A DNA stretch of 64,000 bases from a virus: IMG/VR virus record IMGVR_UViG_3300039239_000037, positions 6,152-70,151 of that record. One strand, 5' to 3'. The position numbers and the translations under genes are program-made. The notes below the pieces were generated by a model. It was given only the letters and a program-made list of their open reading frames with translations, had not been told where the DNA came from and made no database searches. Below are positions 18,693 to 28,709 of this stretch, piece after piece. Numbering within the stretch: position 1 is the first letter of the stretch; the number at the start of each line of letters is the position of its first letter.

Positions 18693-18714
18693 GCGGGGAG
18701 TGGGGGCTCCCCGC
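18693..18714 (-). terminator. GC-rich hairpin between the SSB-like stop codon and the tRNA-like 5' end
   Basis: GCGGGGAG-tggggg-CTCCCCGC; 7 nt from the RNA 5' end; possible terminator or processing signal. Confidence 0.5.
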
Positions 18715-18723
18715 CCGGGTGAA

Positions 18724-19734
18724 TCAGTACCCGCCCTGGCCCACGGCGGCCTGCGCGGCACCGGCGACCGGCCCGGCCCATGCGGCGGGGACGGTGCTGG
18801 GCACCTGGACCTGCGCGGGCTGCGCGAGGGGTGCGCCGGGGGCCTGCGGGGCGTCCTGCGGGACGACGTGACCGGGGAAGGCACCTCCGGCGGCATAACC
18901 CGCGGGCGGGGCGGCCTGGTGTCCCGTGGGCGCGACACCGGCGTAGGCCGGTACGCCGCCGGGCTGGGGCGCGTAGCCCGTCTGCAGCGGGGCGACCTGG
19001 GGCGCGACACCGGGGAGCTGCGGCACGCCGCCGCCAACGGCGGGGACGCCCGCGCCGGGGATGCTGGGCACGCCACCGCCGAGACCGGGGACGGCCCCGC
19101 CACCGAGGCCCGGGACGGCTCCACCCTGCGCGGGCGGCGTCCAGTTCGGGTTCAGCCCGCCCTCGGGGGTGAGCCAGGCGGCGACGGTCGCGCCGGGCTG
19201 CAGGACGGGGGTCTTCGAGAAGTCGTCCTCGGGGGCGTCGACGCCGTCGATCTGGTTGGAGCCGAGCGGGTTGTACTGGTCCGGCGCGATGGGCGCACCC
19301 ATGATGATCGTCAGGCGGCGACCCTCGACGTTGGAGGGCAGGGGCTTCTTCGCGAGGATGTCGTCGAGCGGGACGCCCATGACGTTCTGGAAGAAGTTGA
19401 AGAACATGCGCGCGGGGGCGCCGATCGTCTTCGCCTCGTCGTTCTTCGCGTTGGGGTTGGGCGCGAAGCGGGAGAACAGGGGGACGCGCACGAAGAAGTG
19501 ACGACCGGCGGCGGTGGGGCTGTTCTGGAGGATCTGGACGTGGAGGTTGACGACCTTCTTGCCGAAGTTGGCCTTGGTCTGGTCCTTCGTCAGCTCCTCG
19601 ACGCCGCGGTTCTCGAGGATGATCGCCTGGTAGGCGCCCTTCGGGACGGGCGGGAAGTCACCGCTGGGCAGCGCCTCGGCGGCCTTCTCGGCGGCCTGGG
19701 CGGCGTAGTCGTCGATCTCGGGGGTGAAGCTCAT
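18724..19734 (-). CDS. ssDNA-binding-like protein (DUF669-like OB fold) with long Gly/Pro/Ala/Gln tail
   Basis: DFPPVPKGAYQAII N-terminus; follows the recombination ATPase; C-terminal low-complexity region of about 130 aa. Confidence 0.6.
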   Translation of the reverse strand: MSFTPEIDDYAAQAAEKAAEALPSGDFPPVPKGAYQAIILENRGVEELTKDQTKANFGKKVVNLHVQILQNSPTAAGRHFFVRVPLFSRFAPNPNAKNDEAKTIGAPARMFFNFFQNVMGVPLDDILAKKPLPSNVEGRRLTIIMGAPIAPDQYNPLGSNQIDGVDAPEDDFSKTPVLQPGATVAAWLTPEGGLNPNWTPPAQGGAVPGLGGGAVPGLGGGVPSIPGAGVPAVGGGVPQLPGVAPQVAPLQTGYAPQPGGVPAYAGVAPTGHQAAPPAGYAAGGAFPGHVVPQDAPQAPGAPLAQPAQVQVPSTVPAAWAGPVAGAAQAAVGQGGY

Positions 19735-19757
19735 GGCGGGGTTCCTCTCTCTGGGGT

Positions 19758-20660
19758 TCAGGCCGTCGCCGCGAGTGCGGCGGGCTGGGTCTGGGCCGCG
19801 GCTGCGGCGATGTCGGTCGGGATGGTGGGGACTTCGGGAGCGGCCGCGTCGAGGGTGATCTCGCCGCGGATGAGGCCATACAGCAGGGGCATCGAGAAGT
19901 TCTCGAGGCGGTTCGGGAGGAAGGAGGAGTACCGCTGCTTGGCGATCGCCCCCTCTTCGCCGCTCATGTCGGCGACGATGTTCGTCGCCCCGTTCTCGGC
20001 GGTCTCCTTCGTCATGTAGATCACGATGGAGGGGATGCCGGCGGCGGTGTCCTTGACAGAGCCGGCGTACTTCGGTTTGAGCGTGGCGGTGCCGGTCTTC
20101 TTCTGCTCGGCCTCGTCGACCTTGGTGTGATTGACGGTGATGCCGAGCATGGTGGGGTGGTTCTGCAGTGCCCAGAGCATGTCGGCGGTCCACTTCGCGA
20201 CCTCGCCCCACGCTTTGCGGGTGTCCAGCGCGGTGCCGGCGTCGTTGTAGGTGTTCGCGAGGAACCATTCGGCGGCGACGTCCTGCGCGACATCGGCGGT
20301 GTCGACGATGAACGCGTTGAAACCGTACGCGGCGCCGTTGGCGATGATGTCCTTGAAGTAGTTGTGGAACTTCAAGAACGCGTCGGGCTTGGTCTTGTCG
20401 ATCTTGATGATCGTGATGAGCCCCTGGGCATACCGCTGGCGCAGCTCGGGGTCGTTGAGCAGCACCTCGGTTCCGTTGTCGATGTCGAGGACGGCGATGC
20501 GCTCGAAGCCGCGGACCTTGGCGATCGTGAGGGCGGCGCGGGACTTACCCTGGCCGGGCTCGGCGTGGATCAGAATGGAGCCGGGCTCACCGAAGTCTTC
20601 GGTGGCGGCGACGTCGGCGGCCCAGATGGGCTGCGGAAGCTGGGTGACGTTGTCGGTCAT
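19758..20660 (-). CDS. AAA ATPase (Sak4/RecA-like recombinase)
   Basis: HAEPGQGKS Walker A, FIVDTAD Walker B, NHTK motif; start MTDNVTQ after RBS GAGAGG. Confidence 0.75.
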   Translation of the reverse strand: MTDNVTQLPQPIWAADVAATEDFGEPGSILIHAEPGQGKSRAALTIAKVRGFERIAVLDIDNGTEVLLNDPELRQRYAQGLITIIKIDKTKPDAFLKFHNYFKDIIANGAAYGFNAFIVDTADVAQDVAAEWFLANTYNDAGTALDTRKAWGEVAKWTADMLWALQNHPTMLGITVNHTKVDEAEQKKTGTATLKPKYAGSVKDTAAGIPSIVIYMTKETAENGATNIVADMSGEEGAIAKQRYSSFLPNRLENFSMPLLYGLIRGEITLDAAAPEVPTIPTDIAAAAAQTQPAALAATA

Positions 20661-20723
20661 GGTGGGAGTTCCTCTCTCCGTGGGCGGGAAGTCTATGGGC
20701 GGTTTGCACACAAAATGCGTGCA

Positions 20724-21743
20724 TCATGCGACGAGTTGGGCGACGACCTCCTCGGGGACCTCGATCGGCGCGCCGAAGACGTCGGTGAAATCGAGGTCGG
20801 GGACCCGGTTGAGATCCTGCGTGGCTTCCTTGCAGAACTTGCAGTGAGTGGCGGACTTGAACTCGTGGACGGGCTTGCCCGACTGCACGAGCTGGAAGAT
20901 GTCGCCGGCGCGTTCGAGGAGGGCATCGGCGTAGTCCGCGTCGTACGCGAACGAGAACACATTGATGTCGTGGACGGCGGTGGGGTCGTCGTACCGGTCG
21001 TACTGGGGGTTGTCGAAGAACCCGGTGCCGTCTCGGCTGATGACGACGACGGAGCCGCGCCGTGCCCCGATGCCGCGCTGGTAGAGCACGTTCTGGCCGT
21101 AGTAGTGCTGGTAGGTGTGCTCCACCTCGAGGAGCAGCTCGGCGTACTGGCGCTCCGAGAGGGAGGTCTTGGCGACGCGGCGCGTGACCTGCACCCACTC
21201 AGGTCCCGTCTTCGGGTTCAGTTCGAGGTAGACCCACTCCCCCGCCTGTTCGATCTCCTTGTGGCTGCGGCCGTAGATGGGCTCGCGGCCAGCCTGAATC
21301 TCGAGGAAGTCGACCATCGCGAGCGCCGACTGGCGCTTGAGGAACTTCCAGTCGAGGACGTGGGCGCCCGTGGGGGCGAGGTCGAAGTGGCCGGGGATGG
21401 GGCCGTATCCGGGGGCGATGCCGCAGATCACGGCGTCCTCGGCGCGAGCGCCCGGGTAGAGCTTGCGCGCGATCTCCACGCGCTCCTCCATCCCCTTGTG
21501 CGAGAGGGTGCCAAGCGCGCGCCCGAAGTAGGGCCGCTCCCAGAACAGCATGCTGCGGTTGTGGCCGGCGAACTCGGCCGCCAGGCAGTTGTCGCACGGG
21601 TTGGAGATGTTCGAGGCTCCGAGCTGCACCTGGCGGTCGCGCTCGGTCTCGGCGTTGACCATCTGGACAGTGAGGTAGCGCACGTCCTGGTCCGTGAGGA
21701 CCCTGTCGGAGGAGCGCGTGGGGGCGCTGGTCAGCGTGTCCAT
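20724..21743 (-). CDS. Cas4-family / PD-(D/E)xK exonuclease
   Basis: ASNISNPCDNC, GHFD...LDWK and C-terminal HCKFC; no CRISPR context. Confidence 0.75.
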   Translation of the reverse strand: MDTLTSAPTRSSDRVLTDQDVRYLTVQMVNAETERDRQVQLGASNISNPCDNCLAAEFAGHNRSMLFWERPYFGRALGTLSHKGMEERVEIARKLYPGARAEDAVICGIAPGYGPIPGHFDLAPTGAHVLDWKFLKRQSALAMVDFLEIQAGREPIYGRSHKEIEQAGEWVYLELNPKTGPEWVQVTRRVAKTSLSERQYAELLLEVEHTYQHYYGQNVLYQRGIGARRGSVVVISRDGTGFFDNPQYDRYDDPTAVHDINVFSFAYDADYADALLERAGDIFQLVQSGKPVHEFKSATHCKFCKEATQDLNRVPDLDFTDVFGAPIEVPEEVVAQLVA

Positions 21744-21856
21744 CGGCGCTCCTTGTACTTGGGGTGGTTGCGGGTGGTATTGCCGCGGAATGCGACGCCG
21801 GCCGGGCGCTTGGCCGCGCCCTTCCTCCTCCTGGAAAGTCCACCTGTCTTGCTCAT
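21731..21856 (-). CDS. Small highly basic peptide (41 aa, not in ORF track)
   Basis: RBS GAAGGAG, MSKTGGLSRRRKGAAKRPAGVAFRGNTTRNHPKYKERRWTR*; overlaps the Cas4-like start. Confidence 0.45.
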   Translation of the reverse strand: MSKTGGLSRRRKGAAKRPAGVAFRGNTTRNHPKYKERRWTR

Positions 21857-21907
21857 TCGATCACTCCTTCACCTTTGGGGATTTGCACCGTATTTGGTGA
21901 TGATTTG

Positions 21908-21937
21908 ACCATATACGTGTCTACGCGGCGAGGTCAA
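21908..21937 (-). promoter_or_regulatory. SigA-like promoter TTGACC-N18-TATGGT
   Basis: -35 at 21937-21932 and -10 at 21913-21908 on the minus strand. TTGACC/GGTCAA also form an inverted repeat (21905-21910 / 21932-21937). Confidence 0.55.
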
Positions 21938-22247
21938 GGCTCTGGGTCGAAACCTTCCGACGGAGGTGGACCTGCCTGCCGTTGTCCCAAACGATGCCGC
22001 CATGAACGCCCCACTTCGGCTTTTCGTGTAGGGCGCTCCTTCGGCAGAGGGCGAACAGGTCGCACTTCTCCGACGGCTTATCGCCTTCACACAGGCGGCG
22101 CGCCTCGGCGCGAGTCGGCGGCACGTCGCCGGTGTAGGACTCCGGATCGCGGGTCGCGCAGAGCGGTTGCGGCGCGCTCGGGTCGTGGCGGGCGAGGTCG
22201 AGCGCGGCGGCGAACTCCGGGAGGCGCTGTTTCGCGGGCATGCTCAC
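21921..22247 (-). CDS. whiB: WhiB-family transcription factor
   Basis: Four Cys (C...C-x8-C-x5-C) and a WGVHGG turn. Confidence 0.8.
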   Translation of the reverse strand: MSMPAKQRLPEFAAALDLARHDPSAPQPLCATRDPESYTGDVPPTRAEARRLCEGDKPSEKCDLFALCRRSALHEKPKWGVHGGIVWDNGRQVHLRRKVSTQSLDLAA

Positions 22248-22471
22248 GAGAGCACCCCCCGCAGCTTCTCCGCCAGGCCGGGGCCGGCGGCCTCGAACTC
22301 GTCCGCGAGGATGCTCTCGACGGCATCGAGCTGCGCGAGCCGCGCGACGGTTGTCAGATGGTCACGCCACGCGATGAGATCCTCCTCCAGGGCGTTCTCC
22401 CGCCCCTGCACGCGCCGCCAGGTGAGGAACGCCTGGACGGCATCCACCGAATTTTGCACGCTACTGAACAT
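22244..22471 (-). CDS. Hypothetical protein
   Basis: Short ORF packed between the HTH and WhiB genes; start uncertain. Confidence 0.5.
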   Translation of the reverse strand: MFSSVQNSVDAVQAFLTWRRVQGRENALEEDLIAWRDHLTTVARLAQLDAVESILADEFEAAGPGLAEKLRGVLS

Positions 22472-22476
22472 CAGAA

Positions 22477-22887
22477 TCAGACCTCTCGTTTGGGCGCGAA
22501 CTCATCGTGCAGCGCGCGCAGGGCGGGGTTCTTGAGGATCGTCGGCCAGACGCGCTGCCACTCCTTGAGCTCTACATCGCGTTGGGGCAGCTTCGCCGCC
22601 GCCCACTTCGAGGTGCTCTTCTGGCTGTGCGGGGTGCCTTCGGCGGCCCACGGGGCGGGCATGCCGTGGGCCAGCGAGTCGATCACGCCCGGCGAGAGGG
22701 AGTCTCGGAACCGCGCGCTCGGCGCCGGCGCCTCCATCCCCCACCCAACCACCCAGCGACGGACGGTGCGGTCGCTCACGCCGAAGTGTTCCGCGATCGC
22801 AGACGTGCGGCCGTCGTACCTTCGCAGGGCAGCCCGAACCGACCGGCGCGTGACGCCACGCGTTCTCGGCTGCTCAGTCGGTCTCAT
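22477..22887 (-). CDS. HTH DNA-binding protein
   Basis: TSAIAEHFGVSDRTVRRWV helix-turn-helix. Confidence 0.75.
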   Translation of the reverse strand: MRPTEQPRTRGVTRRSVRAALRRYDGRTSAIAEHFGVSDRTVRRWVVGWGMEAPAPSARFRDSLSPGVIDSLAHGMPAPWAAEGTPHSQKSTSKWAAAKLPQRDVELKEWQRVWPTILKNPALRALHDEFAPKREV

Positions 22888-22938
22888 GCCGGCTTCCCCT
22901 CGGTACTCGTATAAGGGTGCCCTGCCGGAGCCAACGCG

Positions 22939-24953
22939 TCAAGAGTCGGGTTCAGCATCGGGCTCCAGAACATTCGATCTGGTCACCACGACGCGTCCGT
23001 CCCCGGTGGCCGGCATCAGGCCCGACCCCATGACTTCCAGGACGGGCGCGCGGAGGCATTCCTTGACGGTCCATTGCGACCCGACGAACGCGGGGCCTCC
23101 GTCGGCGCGCACTAACTCCCACGACCACGCGCCCTCCGTGCGCTGCCAGTAGCCCGCGTAGGTCCGCTCGATCCGGTACTCACCGGGCGAGATGAAGCCC
23201 TCGGCGATGAGTCGCGCGATGAGCCGTTCGCTCAGCTTCGCCATCACAAGCCACCGTTCGTGTGGTTGGTGGGTCTGCGCCGGTCGCGCCCTTCCTGCTC
23301 CTGACACAGGTCGCGTCGGAGTTGGTCCCGCTCGTCCGCGATGCGGAGCAGTACGTCGATGTCGGGGATGCTCAAGGTGACGGTGGTGGGCGATTGCGGG
23401 TGCCGGTTTGCGCGCCATGAGCGGATGTCGGCGAGGGTGCGGGCGTCGCTCTCGGCGCTCACGACCGGGCCTCCCTCGCGGCAGCGGATCGCGACATGAG
23501 CCACTTGTAGACCTGCGAGCTTGTGCGACTGACGGCGTGCACGTAGGCGTACGACTCAGCGAGGTCCGCGATTATCTGGGCCTTGGTCTCGGCGTCGTCG
23601 GCGTCGGTGACTGTCCCGCGGGGGAATATGCCCGCGGCGATCGCTTCGAGCGTTGCGAGGCACGCGGCATCCGCTCGCCCTTCGTTGCGGACGATCTCGT
23701 CTCGAACTGCGAGGAGCGCTTCACGCGTGGCTTCGGTCGGCTCGGTGACCGTCCCGCGTAGGCGAACCTCGAACCGGGGATCGGACAGGATGGCATCGGC
23801 CACGACGGAGGCATCGAGCGAATCCCAATCGGCATGACCATTGCGCAGGAGCACGGCCATCAGTTCGCCGCGTACGTCGTCGGCGGGCGCTCCACCGGTT
23901 GCGTTCATCCAGTCCGGGTCGCCTGCGAGCATGGCGGACGCACGCGCATAGCCACCCCCGAAGCGGTGTCCAGTGTGCGCAGGATGCACGTCGTCGGCGG
24001 GCGGGGAAGATAGGGCAGCGAGCAGGTGCTCCAACTCTGCGGCGACCCCGGGCGCATGGCGCAGGTAGTGGTCTCGGCGGTCCTGGCCGTGGGCGAGGAA
24101 GTCGTCCCGGCCCCACCGAGAACGCTCCTCGTCGGTGGCCGATGGGGCGCCCCTGAATCGGGCCAGCGCATCACGCGCCGGCTGCAGGTCGAGCGTCATG
24201 CGGTCACCTCCCAGGCATCCTTCGACTGGAAGGTGATCCGCGAGATGATCGTCGCGGCGTGCCCTTCGGCCTCGTTGGAGATCGCGAGTGCCTCCGCGCC
24301 CTGGAAGGAGCGGGCCGGCATCTCGATGGTGCGCTCCGAGTCGCCGCCGACCGCGACGTCGACCGCCCAAACCTGCTCGGCGGTCAGCTCGATCGCGGTC
24401 TGCAGCTCAAGGTCGGAGACGAAGAGGCTGTGACCGTTCGGCGGGTAGACGGGCTCCCCCGCGGCCCAGCCGCGCGTGCCGTCGTGGCGCGGGGCGCGCT
24501 CCCCGTTGAAGACGACGACGACGTTCCAGCCGCCACCCCGCCCATCGGCCATCTGGTACGGGACCATCACCTGATCGGTGCGCGGGAAGTAGAGCAGCTT
24601 CCCCTTGAGGTCGTGGGTGTACGTGCGCTGCTGGGGGAGGGCGAGCAGTCTGGCAGCCTGCGACCCCGGCTCAGCCTGGATGTCTCGCGGATCGCGGCTG
24701 AGGGCGGCGAAGTCGACCATCAGCCCTTCTCCCCCGCCGCGGCCGCCAGCTCCTTCGCCACGGCGCGCTTGCACGCGGCGCAGTCCTCCTTCGAGTCGCT
24801 CGCCTTGAGGCCGCCCGGCGAGATCTCCCCGAAGTAGAACATGAAGTTGCCGCAGAGCGAGTCGGTGCCGCGGATGTAGTGGTACTTGGCGCGGGGCGTG
24901 TTCCAGCTCTTCTCGCCCTGCCAGCCCTCAGTAGGGCGTTCGTTGTCGGTCAT
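22939..24953 (-). CDS. Five packed hypothetical genes (approx. 22939-23244, 23244-23462, 23459-24199, 24196-24720, 24720-24953)
   Basis: Overlapping start/stop junctions and GC3-rich codons; no recognisable motifs. Confidence 0.55.
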
Positions 24954-24975
24954 GGGTGATCCTTTCGTTTGCGTA

Positions 24976-26787
24976 CTAAGCGGCGGTCGCCGCGGTCATG
25001 GAGGCGCGCATGTTCCACGCCTTGCCGATCAAGGCCTGGAAGCTCTCGACGTCGACGGAGTCGCGCATCAGGATGCGGGCGTGCTCGAACTCGTCGCGGC
25101 CGTTGCGCATCAGGCGGCCGGGACGGAGGTAGCGGCGGATCGCCTGGTCGTTGAGCGCGGGCGAGCCTTCGACGTCGGAGATCCAGGCGACCTTGTCGCA
25201 CACCTTCTGTAGACCGTCGATGCCGACGCCGAAAGACTGGATGGTGGAGATCAGGACGCGGAACTCGCCGCGGATGAATGCCTGCTTGAGCTTCTCGCGC
25301 GCGCCGCGGGACAGGTCGCCGGACCAGACGCGAGCGTCGACGCCAGCGCGCTGCAGGCGGGCGGCCATCCAGTGTGCCCCGATCTTCGAGTCGGTGTAGA
25401 TCCCGACCTGCTGGCTAGCCCAGCGCTCCTCGAGCAGGTAGCGCAGTGGGGCACCCTTGGCGAACGCTCCGTTGGGCGCGAAGTCCACGGCTCCGTCTGC
25501 GCGCGTGAGGGAGAGCTCGCCGATCGTGACCTGTCGCATCCGAGTGTGCAGCTCCGCCGGCATGTTCACCACGAGAGGCTCCTCGGTGCCTTCGTGGGAC
25601 CACACCCAGGTCATCAGGTCGCGCTTGAGGTCCGCGATCTGCTCGGCCTGGGCGGGGCTGGGGTCGACGTACAGCTCGAGCGGCGCCGGGATCGGGTCGT
25701 CGGCCTCGCGGCGGATGTAGCACGGCAGAGTGGCCACGAATGCGCCCGGCTCCTTCTCCCCCGTGGTGCTCATGACGGGGGCGAGCTTGCCGTTGTGGTC
25801 GCGCCGGTAGAGCACCTCTCCGTCGGCTTTGAGGACGGGGGTGGTGGTGAGGTACGTGGCCTTCCACAGGGCGTGATTGCTCTCGATGTACTTCTGGCCC
25901 GTGGCGGGGTCCTCGCCCGGCCACACCCAGCGGGTGACGGAGTGCATGTTCTCGGGGTTGTTGAGGAACCACGTTCCGCTCATCGCGAGCTTGAACGAGT
26001 CCCCCATCGACAGGAGCGTGCGGCGGGCCTGTGAGTGCTTGTTGGCGATCACCTGGCACTCGTCGAGGCCGATGAAGTCGACGGGGTGCTTCTTGAGCTT
26101 CGCGCGGAACGTCGCGAGGTGGTGCGACTTGGTGAGCTGGATGGGAGCAGCTGCCGGGCCGATCTCGTCGTCGCCGCGCTCCTTGAGCTTGGGCCACCCG
26201 GTCTTGGAGTCCATCTTCCAGACGGGCTTGCCCGTCTCGCTGTCGAACTCGGGGCGGCTTTCGAAGTCCTGGGCGACGAGGAAGTGGGAGCCTGCGATGA
26301 AGACGCCGGGCTCGCCCTTGAGGAAGGCGGCGAGGTTGAAGCGGCCTGCGATCGTCCCGTTCATCAGGCGAGGGAGGATCGCGCCCTCGGACTGGGCGTA
26401 GATGCGATCGCGGAGCTGGAGGTGGGTGTCGGGTAGGCCGACGACGAGCGCTCGCTGGAAGCCGCCGCGGATGAGCACCTCGGCGAGCTGGCCAGACTTG
26501 CCCACGCCCATGTCGTCGGCGAGGAGCGCGCCCTGGGAGCCTTCCGGGTTGGCGTCGGTGCGGCGCTCCTCGAGGATGCGCTGGATCGCCCACTCCTGGG
26601 CGGGAGTGATGCGACCGTGCTTCTTCGCCTCGCGCTCATCGAGGGAGGGGTCGCACGGCAGGAACTTGAGGATCTCGCGGACCTTCCGCCCCTCGTGCAG
26701 ATGCACGAACCGCAGCATGATCTCGGGGAAGTCGTCGTGCGGCTTCCACAGGGATGCGCCACACGAGGGGCAGAGGTCGTTGTGCAT
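24976..26787 (-). CDS. SF2 (SNF2-like) DNA helicase
   Basis: LLADDMGVGKS, LDECQ, MSGT, GIDGLQ and QAIRR motifs. Confidence 0.85.
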   Translation of the reverse strand: MHNDLCPSCGASLWKPHDDFPEIMLRFVHLHEGRKVREILKFLPCDPSLDEREAKKHGRITPAQEWAIQRILEERRTDANPEGSQGALLADDMGVGKSGQLAEVLIRGGFQRALVVGLPDTHLQLRDRIYAQSEGAILPRLMNGTIAGRFNLAAFLKGEPGVFIAGSHFLVAQDFESRPEFDSETGKPVWKMDSKTGWPKLKERGDDEIGPAAAPIQLTKSHHLATFRAKLKKHPVDFIGLDECQVIANKHSQARRTLLSMGDSFKLAMSGTWFLNNPENMHSVTRWVWPGEDPATGQKYIESNHALWKATYLTTTPVLKADGEVLYRRDHNGKLAPVMSTTGEKEPGAFVATLPCYIRREADDPIPAPLELYVDPSPAQAEQIADLKRDLMTWVWSHEGTEEPLVVNMPAELHTRMRQVTIGELSLTRADGAVDFAPNGAFAKGAPLRYLLEERWASQQVGIYTDSKIGAHWMAARLQRAGVDARVWSGDLSRGAREKLKQAFIRGEFRVLISTIQSFGVGIDGLQKVCDKVAWISDVEGSPALNDQAIRRYLRPGRLMRNGRDEFEHARILMRDSVDVESFQALIGKAWNMRASMTAATAA

Positions 26788-26788
26788 G

Positions 26789-28216
26789 TCAGACTCCGGG
26801 CTTGAGGGTGTCGACGAGCGCGGCGACGCCGGCTTCGGTGAGGGCGAGGACGGCGACCGGTTCCGCCGTGAGGCCGCGCGGGCCTCCGGGCCAGAGGAGC
26901 AGGTCCGTCACATAGCCACCCATGACCTCGTGCCGCTCGACGGTCCAGTCCGACCCGAACGAGTAGTGGGTCTCGCGGTCCTCGCGGTCCTCAGTCACGG
27001 CATCGACGATGCCCTGCCAGATTGCGCGTTCCTCGGGGAGCGTGGGCTCCTTGCCGAGAACCGCGGTGGCGATCTCCTGGGGGGTCTTCACTTCGACTCC
27101 CCTCGGATGATAGCCAGGACCGCCTCGATGGCGCCGTTGTTGCCCTGGCGCTCCCAGTCCTCCTCGTCGAACACGCGAGGCGGCTTGGTCTCATCCAGCA
27201 GCTTCTCGATCGCTTCGACGAGCTGCGCCCGGTCGGCCTCGATGGCTTCCACGGCCACGTCGCGCGCGAAGAGCGGCTCGGAGGACGTGGTCTTGGGAAA
27301 GTCGCTGTACCCGCTCTCGCGAATGACGGCGGTGGCGATCTCCTGGGGCGTCTTCATCACGCGGCCACCTTACTTGCCCACTCGACGATCCGGTCCCGGT
27401 AGGTCGAGTCTTCGCCGATGACGAGCGCAACGACCGGGTTGCGCCCCTCCTCCGCCGTCCACGCCTCCGTGAGCGGGAGCACGCGCCCGTCGGCGATCTC
27501 GAAGTCGGCCCAGAACGCGCGGCCTGCTCCGTCGATGTCGAGCATGCTGAGCAGCGGTGCGAGGGTGGCCGCGGCCGGCTGGACGCGGATGACGCCGGGC
27601 TGGATCCACTCGAACTCGGACACCACCTCATCGGCGGCGCTGACGACCGTGGGGCTGTCGCCGGCGAGCTCCTCGCCGCGCGCGAGGTAGCGGTAGACGG
27701 TGGCTCGACCCTCGTGGCCGAACGCCTCCCGCGCGATGCGGGTGGGGCCGAGGCCGGCCTGGCGGGCGGCGTAGGTGGCACGAGCGACCTTGTCGGAGGC
27801 TTCCTGGACGCGCTCGGCGATCTCGGCGCGCACGGTGGCCTCGACGGCCTTCCGGAAGGCGCGGTACTCGTCGTCGGCCAGCTTCACGGCCTGGAGCGCG
27901 AGGGTCTGCTGCACGGTGATGGTCACAGCGCAGCCCCGATCTCTGCGGGCCGGTCGTGGGCGACGAATGCCTCGCCGAACACGTCGGGGTCGATGTCGAG
28001 GCGGTCGAGGACGCGCGGCTCGACGTAGCGGGCCCAGGTGTGCTCGTCGTCGGGGTCGGGCCAGCCGCCGCGCTCGCTCTCCTCGTGGAGGGAGGTCACG
28101 GCGCTGGCGATCGCGAGGTCGACGTCGAGCTCGTCGACGGTGATGCCGCGAGCGGCCAGGCGTTCGACGGTCTCGTGGGTGCGGTAGGTGTAGACGGGGA
28201 CGACGGTGGTATTCAC
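26789..28216 (-). CDS. Four small hypothetical genes (26789-27091, 27088-27360, 27357-27926, 27923-28216)
   Basis: Packed operon. The first two share the N-terminus MKTPQEIATAV; 27357-27926 has an HTH-like segment (PTRIAREAFGHEGRATVYRYL). Confidence 0.55.
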
Positions 28217-28226
28217 GGGGCGCTCC

Positions 28227-28709
28227 TTAGCAGTGAGGAAGGTAGGTGGTGAGGGATTCGTCCGCGCCCCAGGCGACGGCGGCGGCATCCGCCTCGCATT
28301 CGTCGAGGGGCACGCCGTGGCGGTGCTGGCGGACGTGGGCGAGTTCGTGGAGAACGATGTAGGTCAGGGCCGCGCCCTCCAGGTCCGGCGACAGCACGAT
28401 GGTCTCGGGGTGTTCGGGGTGGAAGCATCCACCCGATGTGCCGACCGTTAGCCCGCAATTCACGGCGGGGTCGGTGGAGTAGAAGACCTGGACCATCGGC
28501 TCACCGCGCTCAGCGAGGATGTCGTAGGCGTCGAGGGTGGCGGGTGCAGGCGGCGTGGTGGGGGCGACGGTCGGTGTGGGCTGGGCCTGGGTGTGCGGGT
28601 CAGGCTCGATCTTGACGGCAGTCGGCTGCGCCGCAGCCGCGGCGACGTTGATGGCGGCGAAGGCTGCGACGATGACGACGGCTCCCACGATCGCTCCCGA
28701 CGACTTCAC
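28227..28709 (-). CDS. Exported/membrane-anchored HExxH zinc metallopeptidase (SprT/MPTase-like)
   Basis: N-terminal hydrophobic signal, Pro/Thr linker, VLHELAHVRQH and ECEADA. Confidence 0.7.
   Translation of the reverse strand: MKSSGAIVGAVVIVAAFAAINVAAAAAQPTAVKIEPDPHTQAQPTPTVAPTTPPAPATLDAYDILAERGEPMVQVFYSTDPAVNCGLTVGTSGGCFHPEHPETIVLSPDLEGAALTYIVLHELAHVRQHRHGVPLDECEADAAAVAWGADESLTTYLPHC

Noticed and set aside
18565-18720. Full-length tmRNA
   Set aside because: Only 121 nt lie between the paired ends, leaving no room for pseudoknots or a tag reading frame.
20724-21743. CRISPR-Cas adaptation module
   Set aside because: This is a solo Cas4-like nuclease in a recombination operon; no cas1/cas2 or array is present.
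22908-22942. TTGACG -35 upstream of the HTH gene (minus strand)
   Set aside because: No TANNNT -10 at a 16-19 bp spacing, so it was not called as a promoter.
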